From the NCBI RefSeq assembly GCF_963921235.1, contig NC_086108.1, forward strand, positions 5,208,001 to 5,272,000: a stretch of DNA of 64,000 nt, given 5' to 3'. A model generated the notes under the pieces. The model saw only the letters and a list, made by a program, of their open reading frames with translations. It was not told the DNA's origin and ran no database searches. The stretch is from Mobula hypostoma. Taxonomy: Eukaryota. Shown one piece after another: positions 1 through 13,014 of the stretch; the first letter of the stretch is position 1, and each line of letters starts with the position of its first letter. The translations under genes and the position numbers were made by a program.

Positions 1-75
1 GGGTTTCCTCCGGGTGCTCTGGTTTCCTCCCACATTCCAAAGACATATGGATTAGTAGGTTAGTTAATCACATGG
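1..75 (+). mobile_element. tRNA-derived SINE fragment (V-SINE-type core)
   Basis: gggtttcctccgggtgctctggtttcctcccaca..ccaaagac core, which recurs many times in the window. Confidence 0.7.
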
Positions 76-1204
76 GTGACTTCTGAGCAACCACTTGCTG
101 GTGGCAAATAAAATAAAGAAAACAACTAAATACTCTATTAAACGCACTTTTTCTGGTAAATAATCACTGCAAACAATAGCCTGTAATGTCCCTGTTGTTG
201 TTGAACTGTTGAACTGCCTGTACGACATGACCTGACATTTTTGTGGTGAGAACTGAAGTCTTGAAGGTGAAGGAGGGTTGCGGCGCGGTGTGTACCGACC
301 GAATCGAGGCGGCAAGAGGGAAATGAGACAATTAATGGCCATTGCTGGAGGCAATTCAATGTGACAGAACCGAGGCAAGGTGGAGCCTGGGCCCTAGAGC
401 GAGGAACGGCCTGCAGTTTGATCGATTTCAGCACCGAGCCCAATTGGAAAGGTTCAGTATGGGTGAAGTTGAGGAGCCAGGGCTCAGGCCTGAGAACAAG
501 GAATGACCTGAGATTGGGAGGTTTTAAGCGGCAGGCCGGATTGGAGGGGTTAGGGTATCGGGGCCAGAGGTGAGGGACGGGCTGGTTCAACTTGCTGCTC
601 AGTGAGGTCTACTCGTCACTGTGCTGAACTGAAGCTGTGCCCTGCAACTAACAGGCTCCTGGATGGGCTGCAGGGATGGCTGTGGACTCACTTCTGTAAA
701 CTTCAGCTTACTTTTACTGTTTGCATGATTTGTCTCTCTTTCTCTGCACATTGAGCGTTAGATGGTCTTTTGTTTTAATGGGCTCTGTTGGGTTTCGTTG
801 TTACATGGCTGCCTGTTAGGAGAGGAATCTCAAGGTTGTATAAGGTACACATACTTTGACAATAAACGTACTTTGAACGTTGAATTGGGCAGCCCGGGCT
901 TGTCGAGCCAGAAGGGTGTGTTACTGTGCTGTACCTCTAAACAAATGAGAAAAGTCAGTGTCCTGGCCACAGGAAGTCACGATGCTGGAAGACTGGAACC
1001 GTTGGTCACCAGAGCAGCCTGTCGGAGCTGAGTTACTGGAGTGATTCGTAAATCCCAGTCCCGGGACCGATGGATTAGAGCTGTTTAAACACCAGCTGCT
1101 TCATGTTCCTTCCCCAAGGCATTAACAGACCCAAGCACTGACTCATTTATAACCTTAGATTTTTATGGAATGAAATATTCTGCTTTTATTTTGTAACTGG
1201 ATGC

Positions 1205-1830
1205 TGGAATATTGTGTTCAGTTCTGGTCCATTATTGTAGGAAGGATATGGAAGGTCTGGAGAGGGTGCAGAGGAGGTTTACCAGGATGCTGCCTGGATT
1301 AGAGAGCGTGTCTTATCAGGACAGGTGAGCTCGAGCTTTTTATTTTGGAGCAGCGGTTCCCAACCTGGGTCCAGAGACCCTTTGCTTAATGGTATTGGTT
1401 CAAAGCAGGTTGCGAACCCCAGCTTTAGAGCAAAGGTGGATGAGAGGTAACTCGACAGAGGAGTACGTGATGATCAGAAGCATAGATAGAGTGGACAGCC
1501 AGAGACTTTGTCCAAGGGCAGAAATGGCTAATATGAGGGGCCATAATATAAGGTGATTTGGGGAAAGCGTAGCAGGGATGTCGGACGTAGGTTTTTTACA
1601 CAGAGAATGGTGGGTGTGTGGAATATACTGAAAGGGCTGGTGGTAGAGGCAGATACACTAGGGACATTTAAGAAACTCTTAGATAGGCACATGGATGATA
1701 GAAAACATGGAGGGCTATGTGGGAAGGAAGGTTAGATCGATCTTGGAATAGGTTAAATCTGCAGCACATCTTTGTGGGCTGAGGAGCCTGTATGGTGCTG
1801 TGGTGTTCTGTACTTGATGTTCTATGCCGA
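1205..1830 (+). mobile_element. Degraded CR1 LINE 3' fragment
   Basis: LEYCVQFW.. and FFTQRMVGVWN remnants, similar to the intact CR1 copies in the window. Confidence 0.75.
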
Positions 1831-2204
1831 GATATCTGGGCCACCCGAACACGTGCTCTGCCAGTCAGCCAGCAAGTGAACAAAAAGGCTTTCTCATCCC
1901 CAGTTCCCCCCAAACTTGCTGATCTAGTTGTACTACCTCCAAGTGACCCTGAAGCATTGCTGGATGTTACAAGATGTCATCAAAAATGTTTGATGGTTGG
2001 TTGGCAAAAACTCTGTGCGTATATTGACCTGTCCCCATGACCTCTTCTCTCAGGTAGATTTTAATATTGTGTTGGTAATATTGAAAAAATTGATGGGAAT
2101 GTGTCAGTACCATCAAAAAGATCGTGGTTCAAACAGATGATCTGGTTATTATCTTCTTACTCTTTGTGGGAGCTTTCTGTGCTCCAGTACTTACTTGTAA
2201 CTTG

Positions 2205-2760
2205 TTACTGTCATTTCCAGCAGCAATGAAGGTCCTCTATCTCTGTCTGTCCTTGGCCATCTTCTCTATAGTGCCCCATGTGTGTTTCAGGGCCCTCATT
2301 TCTGCCTCTACGGTACAGAGCCAATCGTCTTTGGTTTCCTGCGATTCCTCTGCCCAGCAAAGTGCTGCCTTGGTGATGGAGTTGACCACTTTCATCATCA
2401 CGTGCCAACCCATCCCCAACATCTCCTCCTGATGATTGCGGCCACGTCCTCTTGGTTGCACTGAAGGAGTAGGGCGTGGTTGGAGATCTTTCTTGACCAC
2501 AAAATACGGAGGATCCAGAGGCTCGCGGTGTGGAATGACGACGGCTCGGCAAGGCCACTCTCAGTCATGCATCAGCAGCATGTCCTGTCAAAGAATGTGG
2601 ACAGAACACAGTTCTGGTGCAGCTTCACCTTGGTGTGGACACTGTGCCTGGTTGATCTGAAGATGTTTCTCACTTCCCGGAGTCTGCACTGGGACGTTGG
2701 TCTCACCTTCGCCATCCTGCAAATGATGCTGCCCAGCTGGGCGAATCTGCCATAACCTTG
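2205..2760 (-). mobile_element. Degraded RTE-clade LINE 3' fragment
   Basis: Minus-strand remnant VEAEMRALKHTWGTIEKMAKDRQRW resembles the RTE ORF C-terminus. The same 3' end occurs at ~33385-33440. Confidence 0.6.
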
Positions 2761-2899
2761 AGAGGAGGAGGAGACTCTACATTGGGGGTCATGTTCTCAG
2801 TCTATCTCTTAGTGACTCCAAGTCCAACTTGTCCACCGAAACAAGTGCTCTCCCAGTCCGTCATCAAGTCAGCAAAGGTACAGTATGTGCTCCATATGA

Positions 2900-4008
2900 C
2901 ATATAGACCGTGGGGGGCAGGGGAACACTATTATAGACCATGTGGGCACCATGTAGCATAGCAGTTAGTGTAACACTATTATAGACCATGTGGGGGGGAC
3001 ATGTAGCATAACAGTTAGTGTAACACTATTATAGACCATGTGGGGGGGGGGACATGTAGCAGAGCAGTTAGTGTAACACTATTATAGACCATGTGGGGGG
3101 GGGACATGTAGCAGAGCAGTTAGTGTAACACTATTATAGACCATGTGGGGGGGACATATAGCATAACAGTTAGTGTAACACTATTATAGACCATGTGGGG
3201 GGGGACATGTAGCATAGCAGTTAGTGTAACACTATTATAGACCATGTGGGGGGGGACATGTAGCACAGCAGTTAGTGTAACACTATTATAGACCATGTGG
3301 GGGGGACATGTAGCATAGCAGTTAGTGTAACACTATTATAGACCATGTGGGGGGGGGACATGTAGCATAGCAGTTAGTGTAACACTATTATAGACCATGT
3401 GGGGGGGCATGTAGCATAGCAGTTAGTGTAACACTATTATAGACCATGTGGGGGGGGACATGTAGCATAACAGTTAGTGTAACACTATTATAGACCATGT
3501 GGGGGGGGACATGTAGCATAGCAGTTAGTGTAACACTATTATAGACCATGTGGGGGGGATATGTAGCATAACAGTTAGTGTAACACTATTATAGACCATG
3601 TGGGGGGGGACATGTAGCATAACAGTTAGTGTAACACTATTATAGACCATGTGGGGGGGACATGTAGCATAGCAGTTAGTGTAACACTATTATAGACCAT
3701 GTGGGGGGGACATGTAGCATAGCAGTTAGTGTAACACTATTATAGACCATGTGGGGGGGATATGTAGCATAACAGTTAGTGTAACACTATTATAGACCAT
3801 GTGGGGGGGGGACATGTAGCATAACAGTTAGTGTAACACTATTATAGACCATGTGGGGGGGACATGTAGCATAGCAGTTAGTGTAACACTATTATAGACC
3901 ATGTGGGGGGGACATGTAGCATAGCAGTTAGTGTAACACTATTATAGACCATGGGGGGGGGACAAGTAGCAGAGCAGTTAGTGTAACACTGTTATAGACC
4001 ATGTGGGT
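2900..4008. repeat. ~51-bp minisatellite, ~21 copies, with variable poly-G
   Basis: Unit gaccatgt(g)n-acatgtagcatagcagttagtgtaacactattata; for example accatg at 3241 and 3292. Confidence 0.97.
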
Positions 4009-4014
4009 CTCACT

Positions 4015-4297
4015 CCGTAGCATAGTGGATCATGTGACTACTACAGCACCGATAATCAGGGTTCGATTCCTGCGCATGTCTGTAAGCAGCTGACACATTT
4101 GCCATGTGATTGTGTGCGTTTCCTCCGGGAGCTCCGGTTTCCAAAGTCGTCCCGGTTCAGCTTAGTAAGTTGTGGGCCCTGGAATCACGTCAACTCTTGT
4201 GGGCTGCCCCCAGCACACCCTCAGACCATTTGCCAAGCAATACTTTTCACTGTGCATTCCAATGTTTTGATGTATATGTGACAAATACAACTAATCT
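4015..4297 (+). mobile_element. tRNA-derived SINE
   Basis: A-box-like gtagcatagtgg, B-box gggttcgattcc, then V-core tttcctccgggagctccggtttcc. Confidence 0.7.
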
Positions 4298-4321
4298 TTA
4301 ATTGTGAAGTGTGTGGTATAG

Positions 4322-4920
4322 GAACAGGGCCCCAAACAGTCCTTCCAGGCAAGGCAACACTTCACCTGTGAGTCTGTATCTGATGCTCTCGTCGTGGCCT
4401 CCTGTTTATTGGTGAGATCCAGTGTAGGTTGGGAGAATGCCTCGTCAAGCACCTTATGCAAATAGCGGGATCTCCTGGCGGCCACCCATTTCAATTCCAT
4501 TTCCCATTCCCATTCCGACATGTCACTCCAAGGCCTCCTGTTCTGCCACAATGAGGCCACCCTCAGCTTGGGGGAGCAACACCTCATGTTTCATTTAGGT
4601 AGGTTTCAACCTGATGGCATGAACATGGATTTCTTGAATTTCCAGTAATTGCCCCCTGCTCCTTCACCATCCCCCGTTCCAGTATCTCCTTACCTGCCCA
4701 TCACTTCCCTCTGGTGCTCCTCCCCCTTCCCTTTCTTCCGTGGTCTTCCATCCTCTCCTGTCAGATTCCCCCTTCTCCAGTCCTGTATCTCCTCCACCAA
4801 ATCAACCTCCAGCTCTTTACTCCACCCCTCCCTCTCCCTCTCCCAGTTTCACCTTTCACCCCACCTCCCACCATCTTACTCTGCCTTCCCCCCTTCCCTT
4901 CCAGCCCTGCTCAGTACAGC
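4322..4920 (+). mobile_element. Penelope-like element 3' fragment (GIY-YIG remnant plus pyrimidine-rich 3' region)
   Basis: Reads GPKQSFQARQHFTCES..GLLFIGE..RLGE..HFNS..HSDMS..QPDGMNMDF. Homologous to the better preserved copy at 37568-37705. Confidence 0.75.
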
Positions 4921-5554
4921 AGACAGCATAATCATCGTCCCGACCATCCCAGACACTCCCTCCCATCAGGCAGAAGATAGCATGCAGCACCAGGCTCAAG
5001 GATAGCTAATTATCAGACTCTCGAACAAGCCTCTTGTACAATAAGGAGCACGGTTGGCTTCACAATCTACCTCATTATGACCTTGCACTTTGTTTACCTG
5101 CACTGCGCTCTCTCAGTGCCTTTCACACTTTATTCTGCATTGTTGTTGCTCTACCTCAATGCACTGTGCAGAGATTTGATCTGTATGAACAGTGTGTAAG
5201 ACAAGTTTTTCACTGGATCTCCATACACGTGACAATAACAATAAACCAATACCAATACCAGATCTAGGCAACATCCTGGTTAACCTCTTCTGTCCCTCCC
5301 CAACAGTTTCTCCCCCAGCCCGCGGGACGACGGAACTCCCTGCCACCACCTGGTTCTCAGCACACATGAAGCACCATTGGCATTATACCATTTACTTTGT
5401 ACACTTGTGTTGTAAATGCACCTTACACTAAATGTCAGTCTTCTGGAATATATTTGTTAATTTACTTGTGGTAATATTATTTTATGTGCTGTGTGTGTGA
5501 GTTATACGTACTGTGCTGACACCTTGTTTCGTTTGGTGGTCATCCACTGCACCT

Positions 5555-5728
5555 AGTCCCATTCCCAGCCGTCTCGACTCTGTCTTGCCACTGGATCCAG
5601 ATGGCAATTGGGAAGAGAGAGTGAGGTTGATGCTACACAACTCTCCCTCACTTAAATCCAAATCACATATGCTGGTCTCGACACCATCATAATGGTGTTG
5701 AGATCCTCATACCATTGAATGACAATGA
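5555..5728 (+). mobile_element. RTE-related 3' end fragment
   Basis: ccactggatccagatggc..gagagtgaggttgatg..ctccctcacttaaatccaaatcac resembles RTE-family 3' UTRs as I recall them. Confidence 0.5.
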
Positions 5729-6264
5729 ACTTGAACTAATTTATTTAGGGATACAGGCCCTTCTGGCCCAACGAGCCCACGCTGTCCAATTACACCCGTG
5801 TGACCAATCACCCTACTAACCCGCACACCTTTTCAATTTCCACCATTGTCTTGAAGGAGTTTGTTTCTTCTCCCTGTTCCCACATGGGTTTTATCCGTGT
5901 GCTCCAGTTCCCTCCCACAGTCCAAAGATATCCACGGTCACCGTACTGTTTCTTTAAGTAAATAGAAGGATAAAATCTGGCCATCCTGAATACAGGACAG
6001 GCTTGAGGGGCTGAGTGGCCTTCTTGTGCAGCTATTTTCTGAAAGTCTTTTTTAATCCAACTAGTCCACAAGAGACTCTGCAGTTGCTGGAAACTTTGAG
6101 CATCAAAGATCAAAGTAAATTTATTATCAAAATACACGTATGTCACCATCTACAACTCTGCTTCATTTTCATGAAGACATATTCAATAAATCCATAATCG
6201 AATAATAACCATAAATAATAATCAATAAAAGACCACACCAACTGGTGTGCAAAAGGCAGCCACA

Positions 6265-8187
6265 TAAAATGCTCAGCAGGCCAGACAGCGCCTATAGAGG
6301 AGAGTAAATGGTTAAGGTTTTGGGCAGAGCCCTCATCAGCACTGGAAAGAATCAGGGAAGAAGCCAGAACAAGGAGGTGGTGGGGGAGGGGAAGGTGAAC
6401 AGGCAGGCAGGTGATAGGTGAGGGGAAGGTGGGTGGGGGAGAGGGGGGGATGTGAGAAACTGGCAGGTGATAGGTGAGGGGAAGGTGGGTGGGGGAGAGG
6501 GGGGGATGTGAGAAACTGGCAGGTGATAGGTGAGGGGAAGGTGGGTGGGGGAGAGGGGGGGATGTGAGAGACCGGCAGGTGATAGGTGAGGGGAAGGTGG
6601 GTGGGGGAGAGGGGGATGTGAGAGACCAGCAGGTGGGTGGGGGAGAGGGGGGGATGTGAGAGACCAGCAGGTGATGGGGGAGGGGAAGGTGGGTGGGTGA
6701 GTGGGTGAGGGAGAGGGGGGGATGTGAGAGACCAGCAGGAGATAGGTGAGGGGAAGGTGGGTGGGTGGGGGAGAAGGGGATGTGAGAAACTGGCAGGTGA
6801 TAGGTGAGGGGAAGGTGGGTGGGTGAGAGGGGGGGATGTGAGAAACTGGCAGGTGATAGGTGAGGGGAAGGTGGGTGGGGGAGAGGGGGGGATGTGAGAG
6901 ACCAGCAGGTGATGGGGGAGGGGAAGGTGGGTGGGTGAGTGGGTGAGGGAGAGGGGGGATGAGAGAGACCGGCAGGTGATAGGTGAGGGGAAGGTGGGTG
7001 GGGGAGAGGGGGGGATGTAAGAGACCGGCAGGTGATAGGTGAGGGGAAGGTAGGTGAGTGGGTGAGTAGGTGAGTGGGTGAGGGAGAGGGGGGGATGTGA
7101 GAGACCAGCAGGTGATAGGTGAGGGGAAGGTAGGTGAGTGGGTGAGTAGGTGAGTGGGTGAGGGAGAGGGGGATGTGAGAGACCGGCAGGTGACAGGTGA
7201 GGGGAAGGTGGGTGGGGGAGAGGGGGGGGATGTAAGAGACCGGCAGGTGATAGGTGAGGGGAAGGTAGGTGAGTGGGTGAGGGAGAGGGGGGATGTGAGA
7301 GATCGGCAGGTGATAGGTGAGGGGAAGGTGGGTGGGTGAGTGGGTGAGGGAGAGGGGGGATGTGAGAGACCGGCAGGTGATAGGTGAGGGGAAGGTGGGT
7401 GGGGGAGAGGGGGGGGGAATGTAAGAGACCGGCAGGTGATAGGTGAGGGGAAGGTAGGTGAGTAGGTGAGTGGGTGAGGGAGAGGGGGGATGTGAGAGAC
7501 CAGCAGGTGATAGGTGAGTGGAAGGTGGGTGGGTGAGTGGGTGAGGGAGAGGGGGGGATGTGAGAGACCGGCAGGTGATAGGTGAGGGGAAGGTGGGTGG
7601 GTGAGTGGGTGAGGGAGAGGGGGGATGTGAGAGACCGGCAGGTGATAGGTGAGGGGAAGGTGGGTGGGGGAGAGGGGGGGGGGAATGTAAGAGACCGGCA
7701 GGTGATAGGTGAGGGGAAGGTAGGTGAGTAGGTGAGTGGGTGAGGGAGAGGGGGGATGTGAGAGACCAGCAGGTGATAGGTGAGTGGAAGGTGGGTGGGT
7801 GAGTGGGTGGGGGAGAGGGGAGGATGTAAGAGACCGGCAGGTGATAGGTGAGTGGAAGGTGGGTGGGTGAGTGGGTGGGGGAGAGGGGAGGATGTAAGAG
7901 ACCGGCAGGTGATAGGTGAGGGGAAGGTAGGTGAGTGGGTGAGGGAGAGGGGGGATGTGAGAGACCGGCAGGTGATAGGTGGAAGAGGTAAGGTACTGAA
8001 GAAGGACTCATAGGAGAGGAGAGTGGACTTTGGGAGAAAGGGAAGGAGGAGGGGGCACCGGAGAGAGGCGAGGGAAAGCGAAGGAGTGAGAGGAGGACCA
8101 GAATGGGGACTGGAAAAAGAGAGAACGGGGAGGAGCGAGACATTACCGGAAGTTAAAGAAATCGATGTTCATGTCATCGGTTGAGAC
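6265..8187 (-). mobile_element. Penelope-like element fragment with an internally expanded repeat
   Basis: The left end matches the PLE terminal region with a decayed hammerhead (~6315-6346). The right end (ttaccggaagttaaagaaatcgatgttcatg) is the reverse complement of the GIY-YIG C-terminus MNIDFFNFR*. Confidence 0.75.
6400..7982. repeat. G-rich compound minisatellite (~52-75 bp variable units)
   Basis: Unit ggcaggtgataggtgaggggaaggtgggtgggggagagggggggatgtgagagacc with variable gggtgagt inserts. It accounts for the spurious 666-aa Pro/Ser/His ORF. Confidence 0.95.
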
Positions 8188-8659
8188 GTTTCTGTACTGA
8201 ATCTCTTGCCAATTTCCCTCAGTTAAACCCAAATCTATCCGCGTAGACAATTGATCAACACTTTTACATATATCACGACAATGCATTTTTACAAGCGTGA
8301 TTTTGTATTTTCTGCAGCTTCAGAATTATATCGCTCTCTCATACAACTCTACCGGTTGCGTCTGTGCGCGGAAAAAAAATTGAAAACTGCCGAACGCCTT
8401 TTCAGCGTCCGCTGCACAGCTTTAAATTGCAAATGCCGTGCTGGGAAGACATACCAAATCCAGCCTACATGACACTGGGCGCACGATGCAAGGGCTGAAA
8501 CTTTAAGAATGCTTTTACTCAACCCAATATTGATAAAAACCAAGATTCAGCTCAAGAACACAGAGTGCTAAACTGAAATAAAGCAAGAAAAGCTCACGAA
8601 CATTTTTATTTGCATTCTGCTTTTTAACTACACGCACAATGTCAATTAACCAGTTTCGC

Positions 8660-9010
8660 AAAGAGCCCGCCCTCTACCGCTTACATTGGTGCAAGGTCGT
8701 GCCAATTAGAACGCGTTGCCAGCTTTCTTGGCGTTTATTGGGTAATGTTGCGTGTCATTCACCTGGAGGCCCATCCCATTTGGTGCCCTGACCGGGGTGC
8801 GGAGCGGCTGAAGAGCGGCGCGACACGTTGTTCCCTGGGAGTTGTAGTCCTTCAAGCTTCACAGCGGTCGCGTCAGTCCTGGATTTAGAACTACAACTCC
8901 CAGGAAGCACTGCGCCGCCGGGTTCCCATGTAACAGCTGAGAGCCCCGGGGCGCTGTGACAAGCCGCAACCAGAACGGAACCCTTGTTTATTTCAACGCG
9001 GAAGTAGTGA
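8660..9010. promoter_or_regulatory. CpG-island promoter: GC box, CCAAT boxes, inverted ZNF143/SBS-type motif pair, ETS site
   Basis: gcccgccc 8665; ATTGG 8685 and 8737; CCAAT 8702; cctgggagttgtagt 8834-8848 and actacaactcccagg 8890-8904; CGGAAGT 8999. CpG density is high from ~8780 through exon 1. Confidence 0.8.
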
Positions 9011-9100
9011 CCTTTTAAATCTTTTTTGTGGGGTGCCGGGGGTTAGGTCTTCTTGAAAATAATGCAATGCAAAAGAATAAAAGGGAGGGCAATAAAATAA

Positions 9101-10057
<957 letters not shown>

Positions 10058-10180
10058 TAGGCCATTCGGCCGACTCGTCCATGTTGACCTCTTTGCCCAG
10101 TCAGCTGGCTCTATCTGCCCACGTTTGGCCCGCAGCCCCCTAAACCATTGCTCTCCAGGCACTGATCCGCCAACGGTTCC

Positions 10181-10470
10181 ATTTAATTTCAGAGACTGTA
10201 TACAGTACACAGTCTGAAATTACTATTGTTCACAGACAATTTAATATCAGAGACTATATACAGTACACAGCCTGAAATTGGTACTCCTCACAGACAATTT
10301 AATATCAGAGACTATATACAGTACACAGCCTGAAATTGGTACTCCTCACAGACAATTCAATATTAGAGACTGTATACAGTATACAGCCTGAAATTCTTAC
10401 TCCTCACAGACAATTTAATATTAGAGACTGTATACAGTATACAGGCTGAAATTCTTACTTTTCACAGACA
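10181..10470. repeat. 58-bp tandem repeat x5 at the end of an interspersed repeat (10181-10715, -)
   Basis: cacagac at 10231, 10289, 10347, 10405, 10463. A single copy of the unit ends related elements at ~51800-51862, ~53540-53602 and ~25650-25715. Confidence 0.9.
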
Positions 10471-11169
10471 TCCATGAAACAGAGAGGGGGAAAAGACCCC
10501 AAAGAATGAATGACAGAAAAATATTTGAACCCCAAAGCTTCCCTCCCCTCCCATGCACAAGTAGCAGCAAAAGCATCCACCCTCCCCCCACTTGTTCCAC
10601 CAAGAAAGTATCAGCTCCCCAGCATCCACCATGCAATAGCAAAGAGACCATCAAAAACTGAACACATTGACATATTGCAAATATGCTCCCCCTCCCCCTC
10701 TCCCTCTCCCAGCCACTATTCAAGACCATCAGATATAGGAGTGGAATTAGGCCATTCAGCTTATCGAGTCTGCTCTGCCATTCCCTCATGGCTAATTTAT
10801 TATCCCTCTCAACTCCATTCTCCTGCCTTCTCCCTGTAACCTTTCTCCCATGGTATTCCTGGCAGATCACTACCACCCTTTCTGTGAATCTCGCCCTCAT
10901 CCCCCTTATAAATCTCTCTCTTCTGAGCTTAAATGTACGCTCTCTTGTTTTCAGCACCAACCCCTTTTGTGTGGGGGGGCACTATGTGCTGCCTACACCC
11001 CTCATATTCCTCTATTTTCTCGTGTTTATGGATGGCCACTTCACTGTGCAGTCTCTTCGAAGGATGCCTACCTGGAAGAAGCTTAAATATTCTCTTAAAC
11101 GGGAGTTCAGTGAAACACTCTCATTGCTCCTCCTCTCTAGTCTCTGCTGCCCTCTGATTCCTCGTCTAT

Positions 11170-11388
11170 GTGCTCACCTGTCGCCTTCCAGCTAGCCTCT
11201 TTCCCTCCCCCCATCCCCACTCACCTTTTTATTCTGACATCTCCCCCCCTTCCTTCTCAGTCCTCGGCCCGCCACGTTGACTGTTTATTCATTTCCATAG
11301 ATGCTGCCTGGCCTGCTGAGTTCCTGCAGCATTTTACTTTCGTTCTTTTGGATTTCCAGCCTCTGCACATTTTCTCATGTTTGTGTTT
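11170..11388 (+). mobile_element. Penelope-like terminal fragment with the hammerhead core deleted
   Basis: cagtcctcggcccgccacgttgactg followed by gatgctgcctggcctgctgagttcc and the family tail. Confidence 0.65.
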
Positions 11389-11419
11389 GGGACTGAGGGG
11401 TTGCCTGATAGAAGTAGAT

Positions 11420-12360
11420 GTCAGTGCTTTGGATGGTGGAGTTGATGACTTTGTGGCCAAGTTTGTGGATGTTATGAAGATAGATGGAGGGGCAAGGTAG
11501 TGTTGAGGAGGCAGAGAGGCTTCAGAAGGATTTAGATTAGGAGAATGGACAAAGAAGTGGCAGGTAGAATACAGTGTCGGGAAGTGTATGGTCACGCGCT
11601 GTGGTAGAAGAGATAAAAGAGTAGACTATTTTCCAAATGGAGAGAAAATTGAAAAATCCGAGGTGCAAAGGGAATTGTGAGTTGTGCAGGATTCCCTGAA
11701 GGTTAATTTGCAGGTTGAGTCTGGTGGGGAAGACAAATGTGATGTTAGCAGTCATTTCAAGAGGACTAGAGTATAAAAACAAGAATGTAATTTAGAGGCT
11801 TTATAAAACACTGGTAAGGCCTCACTTGGAATATCTGAGTAGCTTTGGGCCCCTTATCTAAGAAAGGATGTGCTGACGTTGGAGAGGTTTCAAAGGAGGT
11901 TCATGAAAATGGCTCTGGGATTGAAAGGCTTGTCATATGAGAAGTGTTTGATGGCTCTGGGCCTTTACTCACTGGAATTCAGATGAATGGGGGGAGGTGA
12001 GAATCTCTTTAGAACCTATTGAATGTTGAAAGGCCTCGATAGATTGGATGTTTCTGACGGTGAGGGAGTCTAAGACCAGAGGGGCCAGCCTCAGAATAGA
12101 GGGATGTCCTCTTAGACTGGAGATGAGGATTTCCTTTAGCCAGAGCGTGCTGAATTTGTGGAATTCTTTGCTACGGGCCGCTGGGAAAGCTAAGTCATTA
12201 AAGCAGAGATTGATAGATTCTTGATTGGTCAGGGCACGAAGGGAAATGGGGAGACGACAGGAGACTGGGGCTGAGAGGGAAAATGGATCAGCCATGGTGA
12301 AATGGCAGAGCAGACTCGATGGGCCAAATGGCCAAATCCTGCTCCTATATCTCATGGTCA
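11420..12360 (+). mobile_element. Degraded CR1 LINE 3' portion
   Basis: VAKFVDVMKIDG (KFADDTK-like) through to the CR1 3' UTR. Confidence 0.8.
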
Positions 12361-12689
12361 GGAGGGGCATAGGCAGGGTGAAATCACATAGTCTTTTTCT
12401 TGGGCGAGGGATGATTAAAATCAGAAGGGCAGAAAGGAAGGTCTCAGCCTGAAACAACATCTACTTATCCCCCTCCACAGACGCTGCCTGACCTGCTGAG
12501 TTCTCCCGGCATTTTGTGTGTGTTGCTCTGGAATTCTAGCATCTGCAGAATCTCTTCGTTTATTTTATTTTCCCATTTTATTGAGATTTTCTTTTGGCTG
12601 CCCGTAAGGAGATGGATCTCAGGGTTGTAGAAAGTATACATACCTTGAAGATGCAGCATGGGACAGACCTTTCTGGTCCTTCAAACCCT

Positions 12690-12920
12690 GCCACCTAGCA
12701 ACCCCCCGATTTAACCAAAACCTGATCACGGGAGAACTTACAATCACCAATTCACTACCAAATGGGACATCTTTGGACTGTAGGAGGAAACTGGAGCATC
12801 TGGAGAAAACTCACACAGTCACAGGGAGAACATACAAACTCCTCGCAGGCAGTGACGGGAATTGAACCCGGGTCGCTGGCACTGTAAAGCGTTGTGCTAA
12901 CCACTACACTACCGTGCTGC
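12690..12920 (-). mobile_element. tRNA-derived SINE
   Basis: The reverse complement gives ggcagcacggtagtgtagtggttagc (A box) and ccgggttcaattcc (B box) plus the V-core. Confidence 0.8.
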
Positions 12921-13014
12921 CTCGTTATTACTGTCATGTGAAGGGCTTTTGATTAGCGTGCCACCTGGATGGTTCGCGCCATACACAAGTGCATGGAGGT
13001 GGTAGAAGGAAAAG

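Noticed and set aside
64..378. Minus-strand ORF or exon candidate with a possible donor AAA|gtgcgt near 147
   Set aside because: No recognisable protein similarity in any frame. It could be an exon of a divergent gene, but I cannot support that.
2900..4008. CRISPR-like appearance (regular palindromic repeats)
   Set aside because: No unique spacers (only poly-G length varies), no cas genes, vertebrate context.
6143..8143. 666-aa Pro/Ser/His-rich ORF on the minus strand
   Set aside because: Arises from the stop-free C-rich strand of a minisatellite inside a PLE; no domain signal.
12855..12920. tRNA gene candidates (A/B boxes)
   Set aside because: These are SINE heads followed by the V-core; no complete cloverleaf.
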